This document shows, in pieces, positions 26,565-36,677 of a DNA stretch of 53,397 nucleotides. Location: NCBI GenBank assembly GCA_038227875.1, contig JBBRPR010000057.1, forward strand, positions 1-53,397, given 5' to 3'. Under the pieces are notes generated by a model. That model made no database searches. It saw only the letters and a program-made list of their open reading frames with translations, and had not been told where the DNA came from. The stretch comes from Planctomycetota bacterium. Its GTDB lineage: Bacteria; Planctomycetota; SZUA-567; H5-PLA8. Each line of letters starts with the position of its first letter. Positions within the stretch are counted from its first letter, which is position 1. The translations under genes were made by a program, and so were the position numbers.

Positions 26565-27141
26565 ACCACGGCGAAAATGGATCAGAGTGCTTGGTCCAAA
26601 CAAAATCCCATAGCTCTCCCTTCGTTCTTAGTTCGCGTGCATCTGCGGGAAGTGGAATAACATTCAAGATCCTAATCTCGGTATTTTCAAAAGCGATCGT
26701 ATCCCAGCCATCCGCCACGAATCGTGGGTGTAAAATCAAACATTCCGCCTTTGGGAAAAGAGGAATTTCCCCAGGATTTCGAACTTTGTGCCACCAATCA
26801 AATGCGGTCTTGTGATCGAACGGATAGTTACTCAAATTCGCCAAGAAGGACGCAACGGACTTAATTTGAGGTATCGTGAGTTCGAGTCGAACAGCAAAAT
26901 GAAGTTCGCATCTATGATCGACACCTGACATTGCGCGATCACACATTCCCATGGTGCTGAATGAACACATTTCTACTTCTTCATCCGGCTTCCATACAAA
27001 CACGTCCACTCGATCAAGACCATCCGGCGCAATAGGTACGTTCGCATTTGATCGATCAAACTTTATCCCTTCGTCTGGTTCACCGAAGTTAGAAATGTGT
27101 TCATGATATACATGTCGAACAATTGCAGAGGGACCTGCCAT
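26563..27141 (-). CDS. Suppressor-of-fused (SUFU) domain protein, immunity-protein-like
   Basis: VDVFVWKP, FSTMGM, RCELHF, LANLSNYPF, ILNVIPL..RE; GAGGAG RBS before ATG 27141; visibly lower GC than its neighbours. Confidence 0.7.
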   Translation of the reverse strand: MAGPSAIVRHVYHEHISNFGEPDEGIKFDRSNANVPIAPDGLDRVDVFVWKPDEEVEMCSFSTMGMCDRAMSGVDHRCELHFAVRLELTIPQIKSVASFLANLSNYPFDHKTAFDWWHKVRNPGEIPLFPKAECLILHPRFVADGWDTIAFENTEIRILNVIPLPADARELRTKGELWDFVWTKHSDPFSPW

Positions 27142-27209
27142 TATCTTCTCCTCGATATCGGCGATTACGTATTCGCTCCACAAACATTGAATTCTGCATT
27201 CCTATCTGG

Positions 27210-27246
27210 TGTAGTCAATGCCGGGCGGCGAACCGCCTGGACTACA
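27210..27246. repeat. Compact or degenerate GTAG REP doublet
   Basis: TGTAGTC...CCGGGCGGCGAACCGCCTG GACTACA; same family as 21634-21835. Confidence 0.55.
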
Positions 27247-27294
27247 AAAGGCACGGCTTGCCGCTCAAGTCGAAAGTTCTTACACTCATCCAGT

Positions 27295-28002
27295 ATGGTT
27301 AAACGTCGAACGCTCCTCATTATTTCCATTTGTGTCGTGACGGGTTGCAACTCCAACCCTGGCGATTGCTCGTCCGACGCCATCCCGGTGGCGAAACAAC
27401 CGCCGCAGCTCGCTCCGCGCAGCACCGCGAAAGGAATCATGTTTGAACCCAAACCCATCTCCCCCGAACGCATCGCCGCCATCAAGACTGACCTTGAGTC
27501 CCGCCGGGAACGCGAGCAAGGCGTGCGCAACGAGATTACGGAACTGCTCCGGACGGGAACGCCGATAGCGAGCTTAAATGCAGCCACGTCGCCGGTCGTC
27601 AAACGGATGATCGAGATCGATAAAGAGAATGTCGCGGCGCTGAAAGGGATCCTCGCCGAATGCGGCTGGATCGACGCGACGCGCTTCGGAGCACGCGTGG
27701 CGCAGGCCGCGTTTCTCATCGTTCAGCACAGCAACGACGATGAACTTATGGGCGGCGCGCTACCGCACATTGAAGCGGACGCGAAGGCCAAGCGGATCAA
27801 CGGCGATCAGTACGCGCTGCTCTACGACCGGCTGACGCTCAGCCGCGGCGGCCTGCAGCGGTACGGCTCGCAGCTCAGCACGCGGGACAACGGCGAGATG
27901 TTCGCCGACAAGCTCGAAGATCCGGAGCACGTCGACGAGCGGCGGAAGGAATTGGGGATGCAGCCGTTGGCCAGTTACATCGGTGGGTTTGGAAAGCGGT
28001 AG
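27295..28002 (+). CDS. Lipoprotein with DUF6624-like domain
   Basis: Lipobox VVTG-C; IDKENVAALKGILAECGW, AAFLIVQHS, YALLYDRL, QRYGSQ, VDERRKELGMQPL. Confidence 0.75.
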   Translation: MVKRRTLLIISICVVTGCNSNPGDCSSDAIPVAKQPPQLAPRSTAKGIMFEPKPISPERIAAIKTDLESRREREQGVRNEITELLRTGTPIASLNAATSPVVKRMIEIDKENVAALKGILAECGWIDATRFGARVAQAAFLIVQHSNDDELMGGALPHIEADAKAKRINGDQYALLYDRLTLSRGGLQRYGSQLSTRDNGEMFADKLEDPEHVDERRKELGMQPLASYIGGFGKR

Positions 28003-28038
28003 CTAACCGACGGCGTGGAGCGCTGCGCACACTTTTTG

Positions 28039-28062
28039 GACCGGGCGGGACGCCCGGACTAC
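28039..28062. repeat. GTAG-type REP copy
   Basis: GACCGGGCGGGACGCCCGGACTAC, identical to 21809-21832. Confidence 0.8.
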
Positions 28063-28064
28063 GA

Positions 28065-28589
28065 TTACGCTTCTTCGCCGGGCTCCAGGTAGCCGATCTT
28101 CATCTCGCCGTCGACTTCCACCACGATCACGTAGAGCGCGTAGCAGCCGTCCATTTCCTCGTCTTCATCGTCCGGGGCGAACTGGATGGCGAGGGCCTGG
28201 CGGAAATTCGCGTCGGTGATGTCGTCGCAGATCGGGAACGTGAACGGGCCGGTCAGGTCGCCGTCCCACGTGGCCAGGGTCATCGGTTCGCCGTCTTCGG
28301 TCTCGCGGTCGTCGGCGGCCTGGTGTTCGCGCAGATCGTCGAGCGACGACTCGTTGGGAATCAGCTCGAAATCGGCGGGCTCGGCGCGGTCCTCGCCGGC
28401 GGTATCGATGATCTTCTTCAGCGCCTTGGCGCTCACTTCCGTCTGCAGCCACGGCGCAAAAAACTTATGCAGCACGTTGACTTTGTTTTCGATTACGGCT
28501 TTGCCCACGGCTTCGCAGAGCAGCTTGATGCGCTTCTCGGCGGGTATAGCGGGCGCGGCAGGTTTGGCGGTCGATTTCGCTTCGCTCAT
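28065..28589 (-). CDS. Hypothetical highly acidic protein
   Basis: GAGGA RBS; GC-rich third codon positions; Asp/Glu-rich. Confidence 0.7.
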   Translation of the reverse strand: MSEAKSTAKPAAPAIPAEKRIKLLCEAVGKAVIENKVNVLHKFFAPWLQTEVSAKALKKIIDTAGEDRAEPADFELIPNESSLDDLREHQAADDRETEDGEPMTLATWDGDLTGPFTFPICDDITDANFRQALAIQFAPDDEDEEMDGCYALYVIVVEVDGEMKIGYLEPGEEA

Positions 28590-28764
28590 GGCACATCCTC
28601 AAAGTTGGGAATCTCAAAAGTCGAGACAGCATAGGTTGCACGGGGCGGATTGCAACGCTTACTCAATCAAAAAGCGTATGAAAAGAATCATCGCGGCTAT
28701 TCCGCGCGCACGAAAATGCGGATAACGTGGTCGCATCCCTTCACCTCCTATAAGGATCGCGCCC

Positions 28765-31317
28765 ATGGCCGTGAAAACGAAAGCGAAACCGAAACTCAAA
28801 CCCAAACGCCCCGCGAAAAAAGTGACTTCACAAAAAGTGTCCGGATTGCTGCGGCTGGTCCGTCCGTCCGCATCGTGGACGGCCGCGCCGCTGGAGCCGA
28901 TCTCGGTGGTCTGTCCGCCCGGAACGACCATTTCGGTGCTCGACGGCGCACAGCGCGAATACGTCCGCACGGCGGCGACGCCGGAATTCACCTTCCGCGC
29001 CGGCGGAGCGCTCGGCACGCACACGGTTCGCGCGCTCAACGCGGCCGGTCGAGTAATAGAGCAGGTGAGTTTCAAGCTCGATGCGACATCCCGAGTCGAC
29101 GACGGCGGGCGCTTCCGCACACTTTATGGACAGCTCGTGAAGAGCATGCAGCACGAAAACAAACCCGATGGCATCGGCAGGCAGAACTATCGCGGCAAGG
29201 AGTACCGTTATTACGTGCCGTGGATTCTCGACCATGCGCACACGGCCAAGGGGCAGCAGTACCTGGCGCCGTACGCCGGGGAGTTCGTGGATGTGCTGCG
29301 GCAGGCGCAGCGCGAGGACGGGATGATCTGGAGCTTCGGCTTTCAGACTCAGGCGCCCGCGTACGGTTACCACTACTGGGCGTACAAGGATTTTGGCTAC
29401 GCGAAAATCGAGGGCGATATTCTCTTTGCGCGGCAGCCGGTGGAACAGCATTGCGAGTACAACTTCGTCGACACGATCCACCTGCACTGGAAAGGCAGCG
29501 GCGACAACGCGTGGATGAAAAAACAGCTCGGCGCGGCGATGAAGGCGCTGGATTTCAACGTCAGCGACCGCGCGCGCTGGTCGGAGCGCTTCCAACTGCT
29601 CAAGCGCGGCTGCACGATCGACTCGTGGGATTTTCAGGCGCGCGACAAGTACGCAGTCTCCTTTCCGATGGGCGGCGACATGCTGATCGACGCCGACAAG
29701 ACGAAGTTCGTGATCTTCTTCGGCGACAACCAGGGTTACGCGACGGCCTGCGAGCAGTTGGCTGAAATGCTGACCGTCGCCAACCGCAAGGCCGAGGCGG
29801 AAAAGTACCACGCGCGCGGCCGCGAGATTCGCGAACGTCTCGACAAACTCACGTGGACCGGAAATTACTTTCTGCATCACGTCGAAGACGATCCGACCGT
29901 CGTTCGCGATTTTGGCGTCGATGAGTCCAAGCAGATCGTGATGTCCAACGCGTACGCGCTCAACCGCGGCGTCTCGCACGAACAGGCGCGCGCGATTTTG
30001 AATACGTACCTGGAACTGCGAAAAAATCTACCCCGCCGCGGCACTGCGGAATGGTTTTCGATCTACCCGCCGTACGAGCGTGGATTTGGCGGACACAACG
30101 ATCGCTGGCAGTACATGAACGCCGGCGTGCAGGCGCACATGGCCGGCGAACTGGCGCGCGGCGCGTGTGAGCACGGGTTCGAAAATTACGGCGCGGATAT
30201 TCTCACGCGCATCAGCGAGCTGGCGGAACGCACCGACGGCATCGTCCATTTCGCCTACACCGGCGCGTGGGAGCCGCCGCCGCCGGCGCAGCAGTTCACG
30301 CCGCTGGATCTGTCCTCTCATGCAACGATGGATCTGCGCGAAGACGGCGCGGAAAAAACGCCGGGCTGGATGAGCGAAACCGGCGGCAATGACATGCGCG
30401 GCCTGCCCGTCGGCGCGCAGACGTTCTCCGGCGTGCCGTACACGATCACCGATCCGGCGCAGAACGCGCGGCGCGCGGTGGTCGCCGTCGCGCACAATCG
30501 GCCCAACTACCCGCAGCGCGTCGAATTGCCCGTCGGAAAAAAAGCGGCGACGGTGTATCTCGTCCACACCTGCAATCAGATCGGGCCGTCGAAGATCGCC
30601 GGCTCGGTGGAATTCGTTTACGCGGACGGCTCATCCGCGATCCGCTACATGATGGTGGGGCAGCAACTTTCCGGCTGGTGGTTTCCGGGGCTCGGCGGAC
30701 CGGACGCCGGTGTCGCCTGGCGCGGCGCGAATGGGAAGTGCGGAGACGTCGGACCCACGTGGGTCGCGCTGGCCAATCCGAAACCCGATCAGGAAATCGC
30801 GAAGCTCGTCTTCGGATCGTCCGCCGAGAATGCGATCTACGCGGTGATCGCTGTGACGCTGGCCGACCGCCCGCCGTACCACGAAGCGGGTCCGATCTCG
30901 TACGGCGGCCCGGACTGCTGGTCGGGCGCGCTGTGCATGCACGCGCTGATGGAAGGCGTCGCCGGCGTGAAAGACGCCGCGACGGCGTTCCGCAAGGTCC
31001 GACTTTCACCGCGCTGGACGGCCGCGGGCGTAAAGTCGGTGCAGGTGGTCGCGCGCTACGGTGCTTCCACCGGTTACGTCGCGTACACGCAGACGCAGGA
31101 CGCGAAGTCGAAGACGCTCTCGCTGCTCGTCACGGGAGGAGGCGACGAATTTCAGCTCCGCCTTCTGCTGCCGGCCGGCGCGGTGAGCGTCAAGAAGGCC
31201 ACGGTCGACGGCAAGGTTGTGGCCAGCAGCGTGGAGCAGATTGAGAACTCGCGCTACGCGGTGATGTCACTGAGAAACACCGCGCCCGTGGAGGTCCGCG
31301 TCACCTACCGGGTGTGA
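28765..31317 (+). CDS. Putative six-hairpin (alpha/alpha)6 glycoside hydrolase with an inserted beta-sandwich module
   Basis: AAGGA RBS; LHWKGSGDNAW, AEKYHARGREIRERLDKLTWTGNYF, YMNAG, LMEGVAGVKD...VRLSPRW; GH family not resolvable by eye. Confidence 0.65.
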   Translation: MAVKTKAKPKLKPKRPAKKVTSQKVSGLLRLVRPSASWTAAPLEPISVVCPPGTTISVLDGAQREYVRTAATPEFTFRAGGALGTHTVRALNAAGRVIEQVSFKLDATSRVDDGGRFRTLYGQLVKSMQHENKPDGIGRQNYRGKEYRYYVPWILDHAHTAKGQQYLAPYAGEFVDVLRQAQREDGMIWSFGFQTQAPAYGYHYWAYKDFGYAKIEGDILFARQPVEQHCEYNFVDTIHLHWKGSGDNAWMKKQLGAAMKALDFNVSDRARWSERFQLLKRGCTIDSWDFQARDKYAVSFPMGGDMLIDADKTKFVIFFGDNQGYATACEQLAEMLTVANRKAEAEKYHARGREIRERLDKLTWTGNYFLHHVEDDPTVVRDFGVDESKQIVMSNAYALNRGVSHEQARAILNTYLELRKNLPRRGTAEWFSIYPPYERGFGGHNDRWQYMNAGVQAHMAGELARGACEHGFENYGADILTRISELAERTDGIVHFAYTGAWEPPPPAQQFTPLDLSSHATMDLREDGAEKTPGWMSETGGNDMRGLPVGAQTFSGVPYTITDPAQNARRAVVAVAHNRPNYPQRVELPVGKKAATVYLVHTCNQIGPSKIAGSVEFVYADGSSAIRYMMVGQQLSGWWFPGLGGPDAGVAWRGANGKCGDVGPTWVALANPKPDQEIAKLVFGSSAENAIYAVIAVTLADRPPYHEAGPISYGGPDCWSGALCMHALMEGVAGVKDAATAFRKVRLSPRWTAAGVKSVQVVARYGASTGYVAYTQTQDAKSKTLSLLVTGGGDEFQLRLLLPAGAVSVKKATVDGKVVASSVEQIENSRYAVMSLRNTAPVEVRVTYRV

Positions 31318-31326
31318 CGCGCGCGA

Positions 31327-34300
31327 TCAAAAGTCGCCGCTTTTTTCCGGGCTGCTTTCTTTGAGCGGCCAGGTGAGCGGCGCGGGATGGGCGAGCTTCG
31401 CTTTAAGCTCCTGCGCGCGCACGGCGGCGTTGAGGCGCAGCACCGCGTCGCGGCAGGCGGCGGCGCGGGTTTCATCGAGCAGTACGGCTTGCTTGCCGAA
31501 GAAGGCGAGGACCTCGCCGAGCTTATTCTTTTCACGCGCGATTCGTTCGAGCGCCACGATGGCCATGCGGCACTGGAGCGTCACGGAGTCGCCGGGCTTT
31601 CCCGCGTTCTGCTGCGGCGCGTTGACGAGGTTCATCAATACCGGCAGGCTGTCTTCGGACTGCTCCACGCAGGCCTGGACGGCGGCCTGACGCGTCTCGA
31701 CATCCGGGTCGGAAATGGCGCGCCCGACGACGGCGGGGTCCTTCGCGTCGATTTTCGCCGCGGCTGGAACGTTGGCGTAGAGATCCAACTGCAGCACCGC
31801 GCTGCCTTCCTTGGGTGAGATCGCCAGCTGATTTTCGTTGAAATTCCAGCTGACGGCGTGCGGTTTTTCCACCAGCCGCGGGTCGAGTTGGCACTGCCAG
31901 ACCAGCAGGCCGGAGCGGACGTCCCAGATGGAAATTTTGCCCGCATCCAACTGTGCCAATTGCGTGCGGCTGCGGCTGAACAGTTTCGTTCCCGTCGCGC
32001 CGAACTTGCGGATCACCTTGCCGGATTGGACATCGACCACGGCATCGTTGCCGGCGAGCAATTTTCCATCCAGGGTAAAGCGGGAGTTGATGCCGGGAAA
32101 ATCCATGTCGCGGATGAACGTGCCATCGCTGGCGCTGACCAGCGCCGACGTGGCGGAAGTGCCCGGGAACTCCGATTCGTACACGTACAACTGATCGCCA
32201 GCAGGATTCAAGTCCAACTCCTGAACGCTTTGGAGCGGATTTTTCGCGTGATTTTGAAACCAGAAGAGGCGCTTGCCCGTGGCCGGATCAAAAGCACCGG
32301 AGAGCCCGATCGGCGCCGCCTTGGGCTTGCCTGGCTCCGGAAGGCCGCCAAAGCGTTGCGAAAAATCGGCGAGGAAAGCTTTCGTTCCATCCGCCGTCCA
32401 AATGCAACGCGTCACATCCTGAGTCGGGCCGCTTGACGAAAGCGTGGGACCATGCAAGTCGCTTTGCGGTGTGCCGTGGCTCAGATCGAAAAAGCGCACG
32501 GTGCCATTGTATTCGTAACCCAGGAGCGCCCAGCGGTCGTCGTTGGATATCTGGATGAAACTTACCGCATTGCCATTCTGGCCCAGATGCCCGAGCAGTT
32601 TTCCGGTGTACGAATCCCACACTTCCGCCTTTCCATTTTCGGAACCGTGAGCAACGAGCATGCGCCCGTCGCTGAGGAGAAAATTCGCGCCGTAGGCATA
32701 CATCTCGGAGGAAAATTGCTGTGTCCGCTTGCCGGATTCATCGTACGCATAGGTCAGCGCGCCGTCGTACAAAAGCAGCCGTCCGTCGGGAGAATAATCC
32801 ATGCAGTAGGGCGGATTAACGTGAGCATCAGCGCCAGGCGCGAGCCGGCGTTCATTCTTCAAATCCATCAGGAGAAAGCTGGCACCGTTGCTGACAACGG
32901 CAAAGTACGTTCCCTGGGGACTACAGACCGCCTCATTTGCGAATTTGATTCCTGGTGCAGGAAGTGATGACAGCTCATGGCCGTCCTGCGCGGAGAATGT
33001 GCGAATGATTCCGTTTGCAAACGTCGTGACGGCCGCGCCGTCGGGGCTCAGCGAGCCGCACCCGGGAAAGCTGCGCACTTCCGTGCCGTCGGCCGCGCTC
33101 AGAATCCGCGCGGAAGATTTGCCCCACTCACCCATGCCGGAGACAAAAAGATGTTCGCCATCCGGCATCCATGCCAGGCCTTGCACATACGACGCCACCT
33201 TGGTCCATTCGTGCAGCAGCTTTTTTGTTTTCCAATCCCAGATCGAGAAACGTGGCGTGTTTTGATCTTTTTGTACATTCGTTCCGCTCCATCCATTTGC
33301 AATATCCACGCATGCCACACGCGATCCATCCGCGCTCACGCTGATGCACTGCAGACCATAATGGGTATGTTGATCCGTGCGCGAAACAGCGTCGAGGCCA
33401 TCAATGGCCAGGCCGGTATTCAAATCCACAGCCTTCAGCATGCCGCCGTTGGGCGTGCCACCCGGTGCCAGCGCAATCTGCTCGTCGGGAAACAGGGTCA
33501 TGAACCGGCCGCTCACGAATTTATTGAAAGGAAATTCCTTCTTCGACGGTGGAACCGGTAGTGCGCGCGGTTTCAATTCCCTGCGCCAATCCCATTTCAT
33601 AAACGAACACGATTCGAAACTCATATCGCCGCTGGGGAGAATCAGCAGCGTATCGTCCTTCAAAAAGCGAACGTCCCAGACTCCGTTCTGCAGCGTCGTG
33701 CGGACCCGTTCAGTGGCGGTGGCGATCTCCCAGATGGAGACGTATTTGTCGCCGGCCGACGCGATAAACTTTTCGTCGGCAGAGAAAGCGACGTGTTGCA
33801 CGTAGCCCGCCGGCTGAAACACCGCACCACCCAGCACGCGAACAAATCCGGGAATGGCAGCCGGCGACGTCTGCTCGTTGCCGGCAGTTTCCACGGGCTT
33901 CGCGCCGGGCTTCCGGGTTGCGTACGAGCGGTAGAACAGTCCGCCAAAGGTCCCGATCAACAGCACGCATGCCGTCAGCGCGGCCACGGCCTTCAGCTGC
34001 TTCACCGCCAGCATTTTCAGCGCGCCGTGAAACAGCTGCAGCGTGTGCGGCGAGACCACCTGCGCCGCCGCAGCCTCGCCAGCTTTTCCCAGCAGCGCCG
34101 CTTTGGCGGTCGCCGCCAGCAACGTTGCCGGCGCCGGTCCAGCCAGGGTCTGGCGCAGAGCTTCCTGCAGCAGGACCACGCTGCTGAACGCCACGCCGCG
34201 CTGCGCCAGCCGTGTGCGCAGCAGTTCGCGCGCGCGGTTCAAGCGCGCGGAAAATGTGCCGAGCTTCAGGCCCATCAGGCGCGCGCCTTCTTCTTCCGAT

Positions 34301-34767
34301 CGTCCTTCCAGATGATGGAGCACGAGCGGCTGCAGGTATTGCAGCGGCAGCGCGTTCAGCGCGTCGTCGAGCAGCGCTTTCAGCGCATCCTGCGACGGAA
34401 GATTGGGCGTGGTGCTTTCTTTCATGCGAGCGGCCTCCACTTCAAGACGGGCGCGAGCCCGGGAAGCGGAGCGAGCGCGCGTAGCCACATGCCACGCGAC
34501 CTGGTAAAGCCATGTGGAGACGGTGGCGCGCTGTTGCAGCGTGCCGGCTTTGCGCGCGAGCGTCAAAAAGACCGCCTGCGTCGCGTCCTCCGCCTCCTGC
34601 CGGTCGGCGAGAATGCGATTGCAGACGTTGAAGACCAGCGCCGCATGCCGCTGCAGCAGTTCTTCAAACGCCGCTTGATCGTTGGCCGCGTGAAAAGCAC
34701 GCAGCAGCTCGCCGTCGTTGCGTATCATGGCTTGCACAGTCTCCAGGACTCGTTCCGCTGCGTTCAT
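31327..34767 (-). CDS. ECF sigma factor fused to a TM helix, WD40 propellers and a C-terminal HEAT-like region
   Basis: DQAAFEELLQRH..AEDATQAVFLTLARKA..WLYQVA (region 2), LPLQYLQPLVLHHLEG..GTFSARLNRARELLR (region 4), TM ALTACVLLIGTFGGLF, many WD blades; alternative start 34728. Confidence 0.9.
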   Translation of the reverse strand: MNAAERVLETVQAMIRNDGELLRAFHAANDQAAFEELLQRHAALVFNVCNRILADRQEAEDATQAVFLTLARKAGTLQQRATVSTWLYQVAWHVATRARSASRARARLEVEAARMKESTTPNLPSQDALKALLDDALNALPLQYLQPLVLHHLEGRSEEEGARLMGLKLGTFSARLNRARELLRTRLAQRGVAFSSVVLLQEALRQTLAGPAPATLLAATAKAALLGKAGEAAAAQVVSPHTLQLFHGALKMLAVKQLKAVAALTACVLLIGTFGGLFYRSYATRKPGAKPVETAGNEQTSPAAIPGFVRVLGGAVFQPAGYVQHVAFSADEKFIASAGDKYVSIWEIATATERVRTTLQNGVWDVRFLKDDTLLILPSGDMSFESCSFMKWDWRRELKPRALPVPPSKKEFPFNKFVSGRFMTLFPDEQIALAPGGTPNGGMLKAVDLNTGLAIDGLDAVSRTDQHTHYGLQCISVSADGSRVACVDIANGWSGTNVQKDQNTPRFSIWDWKTKKLLHEWTKVASYVQGLAWMPDGEHLFVSGMGEWGKSSARILSAADGTEVRSFPGCGSLSPDGAAVTTFANGIIRTFSAQDGHELSSLPAPGIKFANEAVCSPQGTYFAVVSNGASFLLMDLKNERRLAPGADAHVNPPYCMDYSPDGRLLLYDGALTYAYDESGKRTQQFSSEMYAYGANFLLSDGRMLVAHGSENGKAEVWDSYTGKLLGHLGQNGNAVSFIQISNDDRWALLGYEYNGTVRFFDLSHGTPQSDLHGPTLSSSGPTQDVTRCIWTADGTKAFLADFSQRFGGLPEPGKPKAAPIGLSGAFDPATGKRLFWFQNHAKNPLQSVQELDLNPAGDQLYVYESEFPGTSATSALVSASDGTFIRDMDFPGINSRFTLDGKLLAGNDAVVDVQSGKVIRKFGATGTKLFSRSRTQLAQLDAGKISIWDVRSGLLVWQCQLDPRLVEKPHAVSWNFNENQLAISPKEGSAVLQLDLYANVPAAAKIDAKDPAVVGRAISDPDVETRQAAVQACVEQSEDSLPVLMNLVNAPQQNAGKPGDSVTLQCRMAIVALERIAREKNKLGEVLAFFGKQAVLLDETRAAACRDAVLRLNAAVRAQELKAKLAHPAPLTWPLKESSPEKSGDF

Positions 34768-34886
34768 TTCCGCGCGGAGGAGCCCAGACCTGCATCAATC
34801 TATTAAAATAGTGAGAAAGTTGAATCGGGGAATGGGAAGCTGAGCCCGTACTGCTTACGGGCAAAGAACATCCAACTTTGGATGGA

Positions 34887-36557
34887 TCAATTGCTGGAGG
34901 ACCCGGCGCCCGCACCTTTGAGCTTCACGGTGCTCAGCGGAGTGACTATCCCGGTGAATTTGTCGCGGAGGTTTTTCACCGTCGCGGTGCCGGTGGCCTG
35001 CATGTAGAAGGCCGCGACCAGCGTCGTGCCGATCTGAATTTTAACGGGGATCGTTTCGCTGATCAGTTTGTTCTGGCCGGTCAACTGTTCGGCATGAAGG
35101 GTATGGATGCCGCCGACCGCTGATGTGCCTTTCAAGCGCGCCATGATTTTTACCTGCGAGGTCTTCAGCAGCGTAAAGGCGAAGCTGCCGACCTTGACCG
35201 TACGGCCATCTTTTTTGGCGGTGATGTTGAAGAGCGCTGACTTTCCCGGCGTGAACTTGCCCTTGCTGGACGCGTCTCCGAGCTGCTGCGCGAATTCATA
35301 GAGACCGACGGTAACGTCGAGATTCAAATTCTTGTCGAACAGGGCGGGGGTGATGCCCGGCGTGTTGACGACGGCAGTGAAGCTGAACATGCTCGACGGC
35401 GTCGTGCCACCGATGCTCTTCGCATCGCGGTAGCTGTCGGTGAATTTGATCGTCGCACCCGTGGTTGCTGGTGCCAGCGACGCGACGGTGATGGTCAGCG
35501 TCTGGTTATCCGTGCCCGCGGCGTTGGCGGCGCTGAACGGTGTGATGTAGACGCCCGGATCGAACGGCACGCCGAGGATGTCGCCGGAGGAATTCTGCGC
35601 CAGGCCGCGCGGCAGCAGCGTGGGGTCCAGCGAGAAGGAGATCGGCGACTTGCCGGCGGCGGTGCTGTTGTAGAAGAACGACTCGCCGACTTCGCCCGTC
35701 ACGGAAAGCGGGCTGGTGATCAGCGGGACGCCGTTGGCCGGTGCGACGGTGAAGTTCACCGTCGCGCTGATCGTGCCGAAAGTGTTCGTCGCCGTCAGCG
35801 TCAAGGACGTGATACCCGCGGTCGTGGGCGTGCCGGTGATGAAATTGCTGTTGGACGTCATGCTCAGCCCCGGCGGCAGTTGCGAGACGGTGAACGTCAG
35901 CGGCCCGGAACCGCGCACCTTTAGCGCGCCGATGTAAGCCGTGCCCACGGTGCCGGTCAGCGGCGTCAGTCCCAATGACGTCGGCGCGGCAACGCCCCCA
36001 TTAATGGTGATCGAGAGCAGTTGACTGGCGATCATCGTGGCGTTGGAGGCCGTCACTGTGACTGCGTAGATGCCGGGGCTCGTTGGCGTGCCGGAAATCA
36101 AGCCGGACTTCGAACCGATCTTCAAACCCGCCGGCAGACCGGTGGCGCTGAACGTCGCTGCTGTCACCGGCGCTGCGAGTTGAAAGCTGAACGCCGTCGC
36201 GACGGCACCCGAGGCCGTGTTGGCGCTGGTGAAATCGACGGACTGCTTGATCAGGACAAATTTGATGCGCTTGGTCGCGGTGGTCGTCGCGCCCTTGGCG
36301 TTCACGGTAACGGTGAAGGTTCCGGTTTCTGTCGGCGTCCCGCTGATCAGCCCGGTCTTGCTTAACGTGAGCCCGGAGATGTTGCTCAAGCCCGACGTGG
36401 TGAACGACGACGGCGCGTTGTCGGCGGTTATCTGGTAGGAGAGGGGCTGCCCGCCGACGCCGTCGACTTCCGCCGCGCTGGTGATCGTCGCCGCGTGTGC
36501 GGCGAATTGAGCGCCGAGGATCAGTAGCAGCACGGGCAGGGCGGAAATCAGACGCAT
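34887..36557 (-). CDS. Secreted protein with four putative Ig (He_PIG) repeats
   Basis: Signal peptide ending AHA; repeated GLP.GL....GLISGTPT..G.Y.VTVTA.N; GAGGA RBS. Confidence 0.88.
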   Translation of the reverse strand: MRLISALPVLLLILGAQFAAHAATITSAAEVDGVGGQPLSYQITADNAPSSFTTSGLSNISGLTLSKTGLISGTPTETGTFTVTVNAKGATTTATKRIKFVLIKQSVDFTSANTASGAVATAFSFQLAAPVTAATFSATGLPAGLKIGSKSGLISGTPTSPGIYAVTVTASNATMIASQLLSITINGGVAAPTSLGLTPLTGTVGTAYIGALKVRGSGPLTFTVSQLPPGLSMTSNSNFITGTPTTAGITSLTLTATNTFGTISATVNFTVAPANGVPLITSPLSVTGEVGESFFYNSTAAGKSPISFSLDPTLLPRGLAQNSSGDILGVPFDPGVYITPFSAANAAGTDNQTLTITVASLAPATTGATIKFTDSYRDAKSIGGTTPSSMFSFTAVVNTPGITPALFDKNLNLDVTVGLYEFAQQLGDASSKGKFTPGKSALFNITAKKDGRTVKVGSFAFTLLKTSQVKIMARLKGTSAVGGIHTLHAEQLTGQNKLISETIPVKIQIGTTLVAAFYMQATGTATVKNLRDKFTGIVTPLSTVKLKGAGAGSSSN

Positions 36558-36677
36558 GGATAGTTCCTCTCGAAGTATGGGCGCGGCAATGCAACCAAGG
36601 CTGCGATAGCCTACCTCCTATTATAGGTACCGGGGATGGTATTTTGGGTTACTGTATTGCAGATGCAGGAAGCAAAT

